Notes under the pieces: generated by a model | Databases searched by the model: none | Told to the model about the DNA's origin: nothing | What the model saw: only the letters and a program-made list of their open reading frames with translations | Program-made: the position numbers and the translations under genes | Source: Cytophagales bacterium | GTDB taxonomy: Bacteria; Bacteroidota; Bacteroidia; Cytophagales; JAAEPT01 | Assembly: GCA_965267335.1 (NCBI GenBank) | Contig: OZ253953.1 | Span: 1,818,662-1,882,661, forward strand | Reading direction: 5' to 3' | Length of the DNA: 64,000 nucleotides | Shown: piece by piece, positions 39,701 to 47,556 of the stretch | Layout: each line of letters begins with the position of its first letter | Position numbering within the stretch: the stretch's first letter is position 1

Positions 39701-42700
39701 ACTCCTCCTTCAGCGGCTGCAGCTGGTAGTAATCAAACTCAATGTGAAACCACAACTACAGCTACCATGGCAGCAACAGCGCCAGCTACAGGAACTGGAG
39801 CTTGGACGTTGGTGAGTGGTTCGGGGACCGTAACCACGCCATCTTCACCTACCAGTGGAGTGACGGGCTTAGCTACCGGAGCGAATGTATTCCGATGGAC
39901 GGTAAGTAATGGAGTGTGTCCTGATGAAACAGACAATGTGACTATTACCCTTGATGCTGCTCCTTCAGCGGCTGCAGCGGGTAGTGCTCAGACTCAATGT
40001 GAAACAACGACAACGGCTACAATGGCTGCTACATCACCAGCAACCGGAACAGGAGCATGGTCTCTTGTCAGTGGGTCTGGTACGGTGACAACAGCCTCTT
40101 CGCCTACTAGTGGAGTTACAGGTCTTGGAGCTGGGGCCAATGTGTTCCGTTGGACAGTAAGTAACGGAGTCTGCCCGGACGAGACTGATGACGTAACAAT
40201 AACATTAGATGCAGCACCTTCAGCTGCAGCAGCCGGAGCCAACCAGGATGTATGTGAGACGCCTGGAACAGCAACCATGGCAGCGACCGCACCGGCAGTT
40301 GGTACCGGAACCTGGTCTTTGATAAGCGGTACCGGAACAATAACAACAGCAAACTCTGCTACATCTGGAATTACAGGACTTGGTACCGGAGCGAATGTAT
40401 TCCGTTGGACAGTGTCTGAACCTGGGTCTTGCCCAGACGAAACAGACGATGTAACGATCAATGTAGATGCAGCTCCAAGCACAGCTGTCGCTGGATCAAA
40501 CCAAACAATTTGTGCGAGCACAGCCACGATGGCAGCGACTGCACCAGCAACAGGAACGGGAACCTGGAGTTTGATTTCAGGAACAGGTTCAGCAACCTCA
40601 CCAAACTCAGCGACTTCGGGCATTACCGGATTAACTACGGGAACTAACACCTTCCGCTGGACGGTGAGCAATGGAGTATGCCCTGACGAAACAGATGAAG
40701 TAGATATTAATGTTTCAGCGACAGTAACAACTGCTGATGCAGGTCCAGCCCAGACACTATGTGCCGGCTCAACGGCAACCATGGCAGCGAATGCAGCAGG
40801 TGGAGGTGAAACAGGTACCTGGTCACTGGTAAGTGGATCAGGAACAATTACCAGTCCTAATTCGGAGACGACAACAATTACAGGACTTGGTTCAGGAGCC
40901 AATGTGTTCCGTTGGACCATAGATAATACAATTTGCCCGGTAAGTACGGATGAAGTAACCATTACGATTGACGATGCACCAAGCGCAGCGGTAGCAGGAA
41001 CAAATCAAACAGTATGTGAAACACCAGGCACGGCCACGATGGCAGCGACTGCACCAGCAACAGGAACAGGAACCTGGACCTTACAATCAGGTACGGGAAC
41101 AATAACAACTCCAAGTTCAGCCACAACAGGAATCACCGGTCTTGGAGCAGGAGCTAATGTATTCCGCTGGACAGTAAGCAATGGAGTATGCCCTGATGAA
41201 ACAGATGAAGTAACGATTACTGTTGATGCAGCACCAACCACAGCAAATGCAGGTCCTGCCCAGACAGAATGTGAAGGGACAACGATAACAATGGCAGCGA
41301 ACACCCCTGCAACAGGAACAGGTGTCTGGTCATTAATATCAGGAACCGGATCAGCCGACACACCTGGTGACCCGGCTTCCACAGTAAGTGGATTGACCGC
41401 AGGAAGCTCATCAACCTTCCGCTGGACGATTAGCAACGGAACCTGTCCGGATGAAACAGATGAAGTAGTAATAACCATTGATCAGGCCCCTACAGCAGCT
41501 AACGTAGGAGCTGACCTGAATGTGTGTATAGCAGACCCTATTAACCTGACAGGTAATAACCCATCGGTAGGAACAGGTATCTGGACAACAGGCCCTGCTA
41601 CCACAGGAGGTACAATAGATACACCAACCGACCCAACTTCGAGTGTAAGTGGAATGTCAGGAGGAGATGTGCTAGAGGCTATCTGGACAATATCTAACGG
41701 AGTGTGTCCAAGTGATGATGATACGATAACGATTACCGCAACAGGTGTGGCTTCACCAAGTGTGACCCTGAATGTAGACAACAGCCAGGTCTGTGAAGGA
41801 ACAGCAATCACTTTTACAGCCACAGGAAACAATGGAGGTTCAGCACCGACCTATGAGTTCTTCGATGGAACAAATACAAGTTTACAAGGACCGGGAGCAT
41901 CGAATACCTTTACAATAGCCGCTCCGAATCAGGATACAACGATTTATGTAGAGATGGTGTCCAACTCCAGCTGTTTGGGAGCCAACCCAGCAGATGTACA
42001 ATCAACGACAGTGGCAGTACAGGTAGACCTGAATCCTAGTACAGCAGATGCAGGTCCTGACCAAACGGTGTGTACGACTGATGCGACACTAGCTGCAGTA
42101 GCACCAACAACGGGTACAGGATCCTGGTCAGTAACATCCGGAACCGGAACAGTGACTACGATCAATGATCCGGGTTCACAGGTAACCGGACTGGCTGCAT
42201 CAAGCACAGTGACCCTGCAGTGGGAGGTAAGCAATGGAGTATGTCCGACCAGTACAGACGATGTAGACATTACAAGAACAGGAAGTCTGACAAGTCCGAA
42301 TGCAGGCCCTGACCAAACAATATGTGAGACAGGAACAGCAACCTTAGCGGCCAACGCAGTAGCCGGAGGTGAGACAGGCACCTGGACTACCTCAGGAGAT
42401 GGTACATTCAGTAATGCCAATGACGAAGCAGCTACTTATACGCCAGGAGCAACAGATATTACGAATGGTACAGCAACACTAACCTGGAGTATTGACAATG
42501 GAGTATGTCCAGTGGCTACAGATGAAGTAGACATCACAATTGATGGTATTCCAACAACAGCAGTGGCAGGAGCCGATGATGCGATTTGTACGGACGGTTA
42601 TCAGCTATCAGGTAACAACCCAACTGTAGGAACGGGAGCCTGGACGAGCAGTGATGGAGGGGTGACCTTTGACAACATCAACTTGTTTGATGCACAGGCG

Positions 42701-45403
42701 AGTAACATCCAAACAGGAGTGACAACCTTTACCTGGACAATCACCAATGGAGTATGTCCGGCCAGCACAGACGATGTAGACATCACAAGAAGCGGAAGCT
42801 TGACTACACCGTTAGCCGGAGCTGATCAAACAATATGTGAGACCGGAACAGCTACGATGGCAGCAAATGCAGCGGGAGGAGGAGAGACAGGAACCTGGTC
42901 AACAAGTGGAGACGGAACGTTTGATGATGTCAATAGCGAAACAGCAGTGTATACACCAGGAGCAACAGACATCACAAATGGAACAGTAACACTGACCTGG
43001 ACCATGAGCAATGGAGTGTGTCCTGATGCTACAAATACTATGGATGTAACTATTGAATCTACTCCAGTAGCAACCATTACAGATCCTGCGGGAGCAACCA
43101 AAACAATCAACGGAACCAGTACTACATTGACAGCAGCAGCTATCGGTGCTACGGAGGATGGATTGTGGAGTAAGCCAAATGCAGGTGATCAAGGAACATT
43201 ACAAGCTCCGCTGGATGCAACTACAGTAACATTGGACAATCTAAATACTTTTGAAAGCGGAATTGGAGATGGTACTACAGAAATATGCTGGACAGTAAGT
43301 ACGCAAACCGGTTCATGTCCAGATGATCAAGCATGTGTGGATGTAATCAGGAGAGATGTCAGTATCCCGAATGTGCAGCCACAAAGCGATACGATCTGTG
43401 AGAGTGGAGCACCAGCGGTTTTAATTACTGCTAATCCTTTACCGATTACGGCTAATGGCGAGACAAGCGCCTGGACAGCAATAGGAGCAGCGACATTTAC
43501 ACCATCCGGTGATGATATTCAGCCGACTAATACGACACCTGGTGTTTATCAGTATGTGTACGAGATTTCGAATCCGACACTTCCAGGTTCACCGGTGAAC
43601 TACGATACGGTAACGATTCAGATTGATGCAGCACCAAGTGCAGCATTGGCAGGTACGGATGAAAGTACTTGTCTGGAAGATTATCAACTAAGTGGTAATA
43701 CTCCTGCGGTTGGAACAGGTATGTGGACCGCTACCGGAGGGTTGACTTTTGATGATGCTACTAACCCTGCAGCGACTGCAAGTACCCTGGTCAGTGGGAA
43801 CTATACATTTACCTGGACAATTTCCAATGGAGTGTGTCCTGATGAAACGGATGATGTCGTTATTGATAAATTGGGAACAATTACATCTCCGGACCCTGGA
43901 ACATACTCAGATATTTGTGAGACAACCACAAGTGTTAATTTGAACGGAGCAGTTCCAAATGCAGGAAATGCGGAAACAGGTATGTGGACAGTAGGAGGAC
44001 CGGCAACTATTTCCGATGCAACGGATCCTGCGGCTGTATTGACTATTACAGGAACAGGGACCGTAAGTCTTGACTGGACCATTTCTAATGGAGTATGTCC
44101 GGATGGCACATTAAGTACAAGTTTTGATGTAGATGCCGATCCTAGTACGCCTGATCCTGGAAGTAACTTTAGTGTTTGTGGAGACGCAGGAACTCTTCCT
44201 GGAACAAACCCGGCAGTCGGGACAGGAACCTGGAGTACTCCTGGTACTATTACAATAGCTAATATGAATGACGCAGCAAGTACATTCTCCGGATTAAGTG
44301 GTTCAGCAGTATTGACCTGGACCGTGAGTACGGGAGGAGCTTGTGCTGATAAACAAGCATCGATCACAGTGACTAGTACAACACCGTTAACGCCTTCTGT
44401 GACTGTTTCACCGAGCCAGGACCCTGCCTGTTTTGCGGTAGATAACGTGACCTTTACGGCTACACCTACCAATGGTGGTCCAACACCAACTTATGACTGG
44501 ACAGTTAATGGCTCTCCGGTGCAAAGTGGTCCATCGGCTACTTTCTCAAGTAGTACTATTCAAAGTGGACAAACGGTGGCAGTAACTATGACTTCATCGG
44601 AGACATGTCTTGCATCGACAACGGCAACGGATAATACTAGTATTACTGTGGCGTTTGAGCCTAGCCCTGTAATCGGAACTCCTGATCAGTCCATCTGTGA
44701 GGATAGTCCGGTTACCCTTGAAGTATTCAACAGTGGTGGGAACCTACAGTGGTTTGAAGTTTCTTCGGGTGCTCTATCAAATACAACAAGTACGCATACG
44801 GTGTCAACTTCTGGTTCGTACTATGCAACTGAAGACAACGGGGTATGTCCTGCAGAATATTCAGATACTGTGACAATAAATGTTGATCAAGTGCCAGCGG
44901 TCAGTATTGGAGGACCTTATGATATCTATATTGGTGAAAGTGTCACATTAGATGCCACAATTAGCCCATCAGGTACACCAAGTTGGTCTCCTTCAATAGT
45001 CGAGCTAAGTAGCACTACAGTTGAGGATCCTGTCTTCACACCTTCGGTTGGTGGAATAGAAGATTTTACACTTGAAGTAACCAACGGTGGATGTGTTGCT
45101 TATGCAACGGTTCAGGTGATCGTTAGAGAACCAATCGTTATACCGAATGTATTTACGCCAAATGCCGATGGAGAAAATGATACTTGGGTAATTACCGGAT
45201 TAGATACCTATCCGGGTGCTACATTACAGGTATTCAATAGATGGGGAAGTCCGGTATACAGAGTGTCCGGTACAATTGCACCATGGGATGGGTTTAGAAA
45301 CGGAGAAGCAATGCCGACACACACCTATTACTATATTCTGGATTTGGGTATAGCAGATGATGATACGGATACGTTTACCGGTAGTGTGACAATAGTCAAA
45401 TAG
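36770..45403 (+). CDS. Giant (2877-aa) T9SS type-B cargo / adhesin-like protein: N-terminal RCC1 propeller, Ig-like domains, ~17 copies of an ~85-aa module, gliding-motility-associated C-terminal domain
   Basis: Uninterrupted 8.6-kb ORF with a signal peptide.
- nt ~36855-38040: seven RCC1 blades ('WGQNSQGNS', 'WGNNGTRQVGN', 'WGQNDEGQLGNG', 'WGDGADGRLGR', 'WGHGSWGQLTG', 'WGGNGVGQLGLG').
- nt 39446-44390: repeated module 'AG.NQT.C....A.MAA..PA.GTG.W.L.SG.G......S..SG.TGL..G.N.FRWT.SNG.CP.E.D.V.I'.
- C-terminus: 'IPNVFTPNADGENDTWVI...VFNRWGSPVY...HTYYYILDL', a type B CTD. Confidence 0.9.
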   Translation: MKSVKKLFCRVAYTIVGIFCVIHTSHSQDLNISGGNSVSVSLCANGGIFAWGQNSQGNSPKLYGRLGTGNMTDDFVSTPVQVNVPAAALPIRQVDAGSGGHFVALGCDGTVWGWGNNGTRQVGNTTATADVVTVPTQVMAGEGTDNDSDGFLDGVSYISGGNDENFAILETGEVVAWGQNDEGQLGNGTLIDATTPVLVRTGPGVTLQNVIMVEAGDQTGYALVDPDGDGIGTVYSWGDGADGRLGRADAGNTYAAPVVRQDGSILDNIKSITGGDVMAFAIDENDYVWSWGHGSWGQLTGINQNLSHPYALQVVGGETGGTYLQARAISAGQGFGMAVTLDGRAVAWGNNNSNTNGGNLGNCGTAGSGSPVYMNTAPGTPITGVTNISDGDYWGFITRDDNSIWTWGGNGVGQLGLGYDGAQELCLVQMPAIPGCDFPDPSPTANLGVDTIYTCAPVSELLDPNFTNLNNEYDITWYHNDVSLGTNKTVTHTANDFGEWKVRISYVGTDSPCSAYEDALDSVVILENPTTFSDPGGLTFCSGDITANVVGNGSYTWYTESVGGSSLGTSSGSGDVTFNSGLVTNVAGTTYSVFVEETANAAGSVIPNVPASATNVSGTQFTNSDMFFTTNETVTIDSMDILFRSYSATATLTIQMEVYGSMSACGSKTVADKGNILYTGAASTVHTTTVTSPGWDVARVPVNITLPPGTYFIGASSASSINNGAVGFVNGEAGMPNNTNDLSNGNTARVDNVTGDIISVFGSDKGDCHANNGELGLYHNWQFRTLPLACERVQVDIEQSCPCDNPGTVSLSPAGPISICGGSQTLTATQTGTHSGGGFEYEFFRGGVSVQGPGASNTYSASVAGNYTVEVTDPSDAASCNATSNTVSLTIDSPPSAAAAGTNQTQCGSTTTATLAGNTPATGTGTWSLISGSGTVTTPSSPTSGITGLGLGANVFRWTISNGSCPDETDEVTITLDTPPSAAAAGSNQTQCETTTTATMAATAPATGTGAWTLVSGSGTVTTPSSPTSGVTGLATGANVFRWTVSNGVCPDETDNVTITLDAAPSAAAAGSAQTQCETTTTATMAATSPATGTGAWSLVSGSGTVTTASSPTSGVTGLGAGANVFRWTVSNGVCPDETDDVTITLDAAPSAAAAGANQDVCETPGTATMAATAPAVGTGTWSLISGTGTITTANSATSGITGLGTGANVFRWTVSEPGSCPDETDDVTINVDAAPSTAVAGSNQTICASTATMAATAPATGTGTWSLISGTGSATSPNSATSGITGLTTGTNTFRWTVSNGVCPDETDEVDINVSATVTTADAGPAQTLCAGSTATMAANAAGGGETGTWSLVSGSGTITSPNSETTTITGLGSGANVFRWTIDNTICPVSTDEVTITIDDAPSAAVAGTNQTVCETPGTATMAATAPATGTGTWTLQSGTGTITTPSSATTGITGLGAGANVFRWTVSNGVCPDETDEVTITVDAAPTTANAGPAQTECEGTTITMAANTPATGTGVWSLISGTGSADTPGDPASTVSGLTAGSSSTFRWTISNGTCPDETDEVVITIDQAPTAANVGADLNVCIADPINLTGNNPSVGTGIWTTGPATTGGTIDTPTDPTSSVSGMSGGDVLEAIWTISNGVCPSDDDTITITATGVASPSVTLNVDNSQVCEGTAITFTATGNNGGSAPTYEFFDGTNTSLQGPGASNTFTIAAPNQDTTIYVEMVSNSSCLGANPADVQSTTVAVQVDLNPSTADAGPDQTVCTTDATLAAVAPTTGTGSWSVTSGTGTVTTINDPGSQVTGLAASSTVTLQWEVSNGVCPTSTDDVDITRTGSLTSPNAGPDQTICETGTATLAANAVAGGETGTWTTSGDGTFSNANDEAATYTPGATDITNGTATLTWSIDNGVCPVATDEVDITIDGIPTTAVAGADDAICTDGYQLSGNNPTVGTGAWTSSDGGVTFDNINLFDAQASNIQTGVTTFTWTITNGVCPASTDDVDITRSGSLTTPLAGADQTICETGTATMAANAAGGGETGTWSTSGDGTFDDVNSETAVYTPGATDITNGTVTLTWTMSNGVCPDATNTMDVTIESTPVATITDPAGATKTINGTSTTLTAAAIGATEDGLWSKPNAGDQGTLQAPLDATTVTLDNLNTFESGIGDGTTEICWTVSTQTGSCPDDQACVDVIRRDVSIPNVQPQSDTICESGAPAVLITANPLPITANGETSAWTAIGAATFTPSGDDIQPTNTTPGVYQYVYEISNPTLPGSPVNYDTVTIQIDAAPSAALAGTDESTCLEDYQLSGNTPAVGTGMWTATGGLTFDDATNPAATASTLVSGNYTFTWTISNGVCPDETDDVVIDKLGTITSPDPGTYSDICETTTSVNLNGAVPNAGNAETGMWTVGGPATISDATDPAAVLTITGTGTVSLDWTISNGVCPDGTLSTSFDVDADPSTPDPGSNFSVCGDAGTLPGTNPAVGTGTWSTPGTITIANMNDAASTFSGLSGSAVLTWTVSTGGACADKQASITVTSTTPLTPSVTVSPSQDPACFAVDNVTFTATPTNGGPTPTYDWTVNGSPVQSGPSATFSSSTIQSGQTVAVTMTSSETCLASTTATDNTSITVAFEPSPVIGTPDQSICEDSPVTLEVFNSGGNLQWFEVSSGALSNTTSTHTVSTSGSYYATEDNGVCPAEYSDTVTINVDQVPAVSIGGPYDIYIGESVTLDATISPSGTPSWSPSIVELSSTTVEDPVFTPSVGGIEDFTLEVTNGGCVAYATVQVIVREPIVIPNVFTPNADGENDTWVITGLDTYPGATLQVFNRWGSPVYRVSGTIAPWDGFRNGEAMPTHTYYYILDLGIADDDTDTFTGSVTIVK
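39446..41740 (+). repeat. Nine best-conserved tandem copies (period 246-258 bp, ~85 aa) of the giant-protein module; more divergent copies continue to ~44390
   Basis: Unit starts are read from the sequence at 39446, 39701, 39956, 40211, 40469, 40715, 40973, 41228 and 41483. Adjacent units encode very similar peptides but differ at many third-codon positions. Confidence 0.8.
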
Positions 45404-45475
45404 TATACGGATATACTGGCTAGTGCTGGTATACAACCTATTAAAAGACCTTACACATATATCTGTTACATAAAC

Positions 45476-45516
45476 AAACCTCAGTCATAGAGCTTATGGC
45501 TGAGGTTTTGTATTTT
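45476..45516 (+). terminator. Rho-independent terminator downstream of the 2877-aa gene
   Basis: The stem 'cctcagtcat' (45479-45488) pairs with 'atggctgagg' (45496-45505), 10 bp with one G-U pair. The loop is 7 nt and is followed by 'ttttgtattttg'. Confidence 0.7.
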
Positions 45517-45523
45517 GTATATA

Positions 45524-47362
45524 ATGAGCACAATGAGGCCTACGAATAAGATAATATTGCTAGTACTGTTGTTGCTAAAGTTAGTTTCAGGGATGTCACA
45601 GGACAAGCTGGTGCTGGAGGACAAAGGGGAGATAGTTTGGGGCTATACATCCGGTTTGAAGGTATTGATTGATAGTAATGAGAATTATGCTTTTGAAGAT
45701 GTTTGTGGTAAGGAGTATGATAAATTATTTGTGCCGTACGAACAAGTTCAGTTTATTGTTTTAAATCCTGGCCTTCGGTATTACACCAAGCAAACCCTTA
45801 AAAACTCTACTCAGCGCCAGTCATGGATACTCGAATATATTGACCCACATTTGTCTGAATTGACGGTCAATATATATCACAAAGATTCTCTTGTGTTCTC
45901 AGGTATACAAGGTGCGGATATTAATAACTCAGTCATGAATATCAAGCATAAGAACTATGCCTGGGAAATCCAACTGCTGCCAGGTGAAGAGCATACGATC
46001 TATACCAAACTAAGTAGTAGGTATCATGGAGTTATACAGTATGTGATAAAACCCGTTACCGAATTTGTTAACTATGCCATGGTGGAGTACTACTTACTGG
46101 GATTTTTCTATGGAACACTGGTAATCATTGCGCTCTATCACCTGCTTCTTTTTTTTCAACTGAGGGAATGGTTTTTTCTCCATTATGTCTTTTACATTCT
46201 GACTGCAATTTTAGTAGGATTCTCAAATGATGGAATTGCCGCTCACATACTCTGGTCTGATAAGCCTCTGTTCAACCGGTTTTTGTTCAACTACAGCACA
46301 ATCATATTCATCTTTGCGTTGATTACGTATACGCGGAGTTTTATTAAGGTAAAGCATTTTTTTCCAGTCTATAACCGCTGGTTGAATGTAGCTCTCGTCC
46401 TTGCATTGGTTTATTACCTGTTGGAAATTTATGTAATAGACTTGAGGCTACAGTATGTCATTAATACCTTGATTTTCGTTATGACAGCGATTTTGTCATT
46501 TAAGACCTTCAAAAAGGGATACAGACCTGCACGATATTTTATAGTCGGCCACACCTGTGTAATCCTAAGCTTGCTGATTAATATTATGTTGATTTTTGGA
46601 CTTGTACCGGCAAATTACTTTACTGTCTATGCATTTTATTTTGCGCTTTACATAGAAATATTGGTTCTGTCAATCGCTGTTGGAGATCGGATTCGATGGG
46701 AGAAAGAAGAGCGACTGAAAGCCCAGGATACAGCCCTTAAAAAACTCAAGGAAGCAGAGGAAACAAAAGATAAATTGAACAGGGAATTAGAGAAGAAAGT
46801 AGAGGAACGTACCGTGGAATTACGCGAGGCAAATCAAAAACTGGCCATTCAGGCTGCTGAAATTACTGAGATGAATTTAAAGCTGGATTCATCGAACAGG
46901 CACCTTCGTAAGAAAGTAGAAGAAGTTTCTAAAAAGAGAATTCACGGGGAAGAGCTAGACCCGGAAGAATTCAGGAAGATCTACCCTGATAAATTAAGCT
47001 GTTATAAGTTTCTGGAAGAAATTAAGTGGCATAGTGGTTATCATTGTAAGAAGTGTTCCAACACAACATACAGCCCTGGCACCGGACTGCGAAGCAGACG
47101 CTGTACTAAGTGTGGAGTAAATGAAACCGTTACTTCCAACACTATTTTTCATAGACTGAGAATGCCGATAGAAAGTGCTTTCTATATGCTTGCTATGGTG
47201 GTACAAAGTAAGGGAAAGGTCTCATCTTCTGCCTTGGCTGAAAAAACAGGCATCAATCAAAAGAGTTGCTGGGCATTCCGACAAAAAATTATCGATAGAA
47301 TGAATCAATTGAAAGGGAAGAATGACTCGTGGGTGTCGGTAATTTTAGACTCTGTTTTTTAA
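45524..47362 (+). CDS. 7TMR-DISM receptor (DISMED2 extracellular domain + 7 TM) fused via a coiled coil to an IS1595-type transposase zinc-ribbon/HTH module
   Basis: The ORF track starts at TTG 45515, inside the upstream terminator, so ATG 45524 is preferred. It has a signal peptide, a ~170-aa extracellular domain and then 7 hydrophobic helices ('YYLLGFFYGTLVIIALYHLLLFF' ... 'AFYFALYIEILVLSIAV'). A ~100-aa charged coiled coil follows. The C-terminus is 'CYKFLEEIKWHSGYHCKKCSNTTY...RRCTKCGVNETVTSNTIFHRLRMPIESAFYMLAMVV...SSSALAEKTGINQKSCWAFRQKIIDRM'. This follows the Zn_Tnp_IS1595 pattern (C..C...C..C, 'T.F...k.p...w', HTH, 'aW....KIr.aM'). Confidence 0.8.
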   Translation: MSTMRPTNKIILLVLLLLKLVSGMSQDKLVLEDKGEIVWGYTSGLKVLIDSNENYAFEDVCGKEYDKLFVPYEQVQFIVLNPGLRYYTKQTLKNSTQRQSWILEYIDPHLSELTVNIYHKDSLVFSGIQGADINNSVMNIKHKNYAWEIQLLPGEEHTIYTKLSSRYHGVIQYVIKPVTEFVNYAMVEYYLLGFFYGTLVIIALYHLLLFFQLREWFFLHYVFYILTAILVGFSNDGIAAHILWSDKPLFNRFLFNYSTIIFIFALITYTRSFIKVKHFFPVYNRWLNVALVLALVYYLLEIYVIDLRLQYVINTLIFVMTAILSFKTFKKGYRPARYFIVGHTCVILSLLINIMLIFGLVPANYFTVYAFYFALYIEILVLSIAVGDRIRWEKEERLKAQDTALKKLKEAEETKDKLNRELEKKVEERTVELREANQKLAIQAAEITEMNLKLDSSNRHLRKKVEEVSKKRIHGEELDPEEFRKIYPDKLSCYKFLEEIKWHSGYHCKKCSNTTYSPGTGLRSRRCTKCGVNETVTSNTIFHRLRMPIESAFYMLAMVVQSKGKVSSSALAEKTGINQKSCWAFRQKIIDRMNQLKGKNDSWVSVILDSVF

Positions 47363-47431
47363 TAACTAGAAAATTCCAATTAGTGCTTATTTTTGCTTTA
47401 AAAGACTATTTTTTACTGTTCTTTAACGACT

Positions 47432-47539
47432 AAGGTTAACATAGAGTTAACAATATAAAACAACTTTTTTTGTACTTATTTCATATTTTATTGGACAAAT
47501 ATAATGTGCATCATTTATAATGATTGCATTGTTAACCTT
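47432..47539. promoter_or_regulatory. Candidate operator: three GTTAAC cores, with the outer two forming a 10-bp perfect inverted repeat
   Basis: 'aaggttaaca' (47432-47441) and 'tgttaacctt' (47530-47539) are exact reverse complements. A third 'gttaac' lies at 47446-47451. All are within the 194-bp region upstream of the GH5 ATG (47557). Confidence 0.25.
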
Positions 47540-47556
47540 ACCTACTTTACACGAAT

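Noticed and set aside
39994-40962. Long antisense ORFs inside the second giant gene: 322 aa at 39994..40962, plus 41005..41478, 41482..41832, 41944..42420, 42826..43110 and 43801..44472, all on the minus strand
   Set aside because: They lie entirely opposite an 8.6-kb sense ORF with clear domain content (RCC1, repeat modules, type-B CTD). Their translations are low-complexity Val/Pro/Ala/Ser strings that mirror the sense repeats. The Ala/Thr/Gly-rich codon usage of the sense strand simply removes stop codons from the antisense frame.
45515-45523. Upstream alternative (TTG) start codons proposed by the ORF track at 45515, 52167, 62541 and 33472
   Set aside because: In each case a nearby downstream ATG gives a canonical N-terminus: a signal peptide, a Rossmann GxGxxA motif or the start of a REC domain. 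The 45515 TTG also lies inside the upstream terminator's U-tract. The ATG starts 45524, 52236, 62553 and 33478 were used instead.
46990-47362. IS1595-family insertion sequence (mobile element) call, based on the transposase zinc-ribbon/HTH similarity
   Set aside because: Only the N-terminal DNA-binding module is present, and it is fused in frame to the 7TM receptor. There is no DDE catalytic domain, no terminal inverted repeats and no target-site duplication. Only ~190 bp of AT-rich DNA precedes the next gene. It is better explained as a domesticated domain or an old scar than as an active element.
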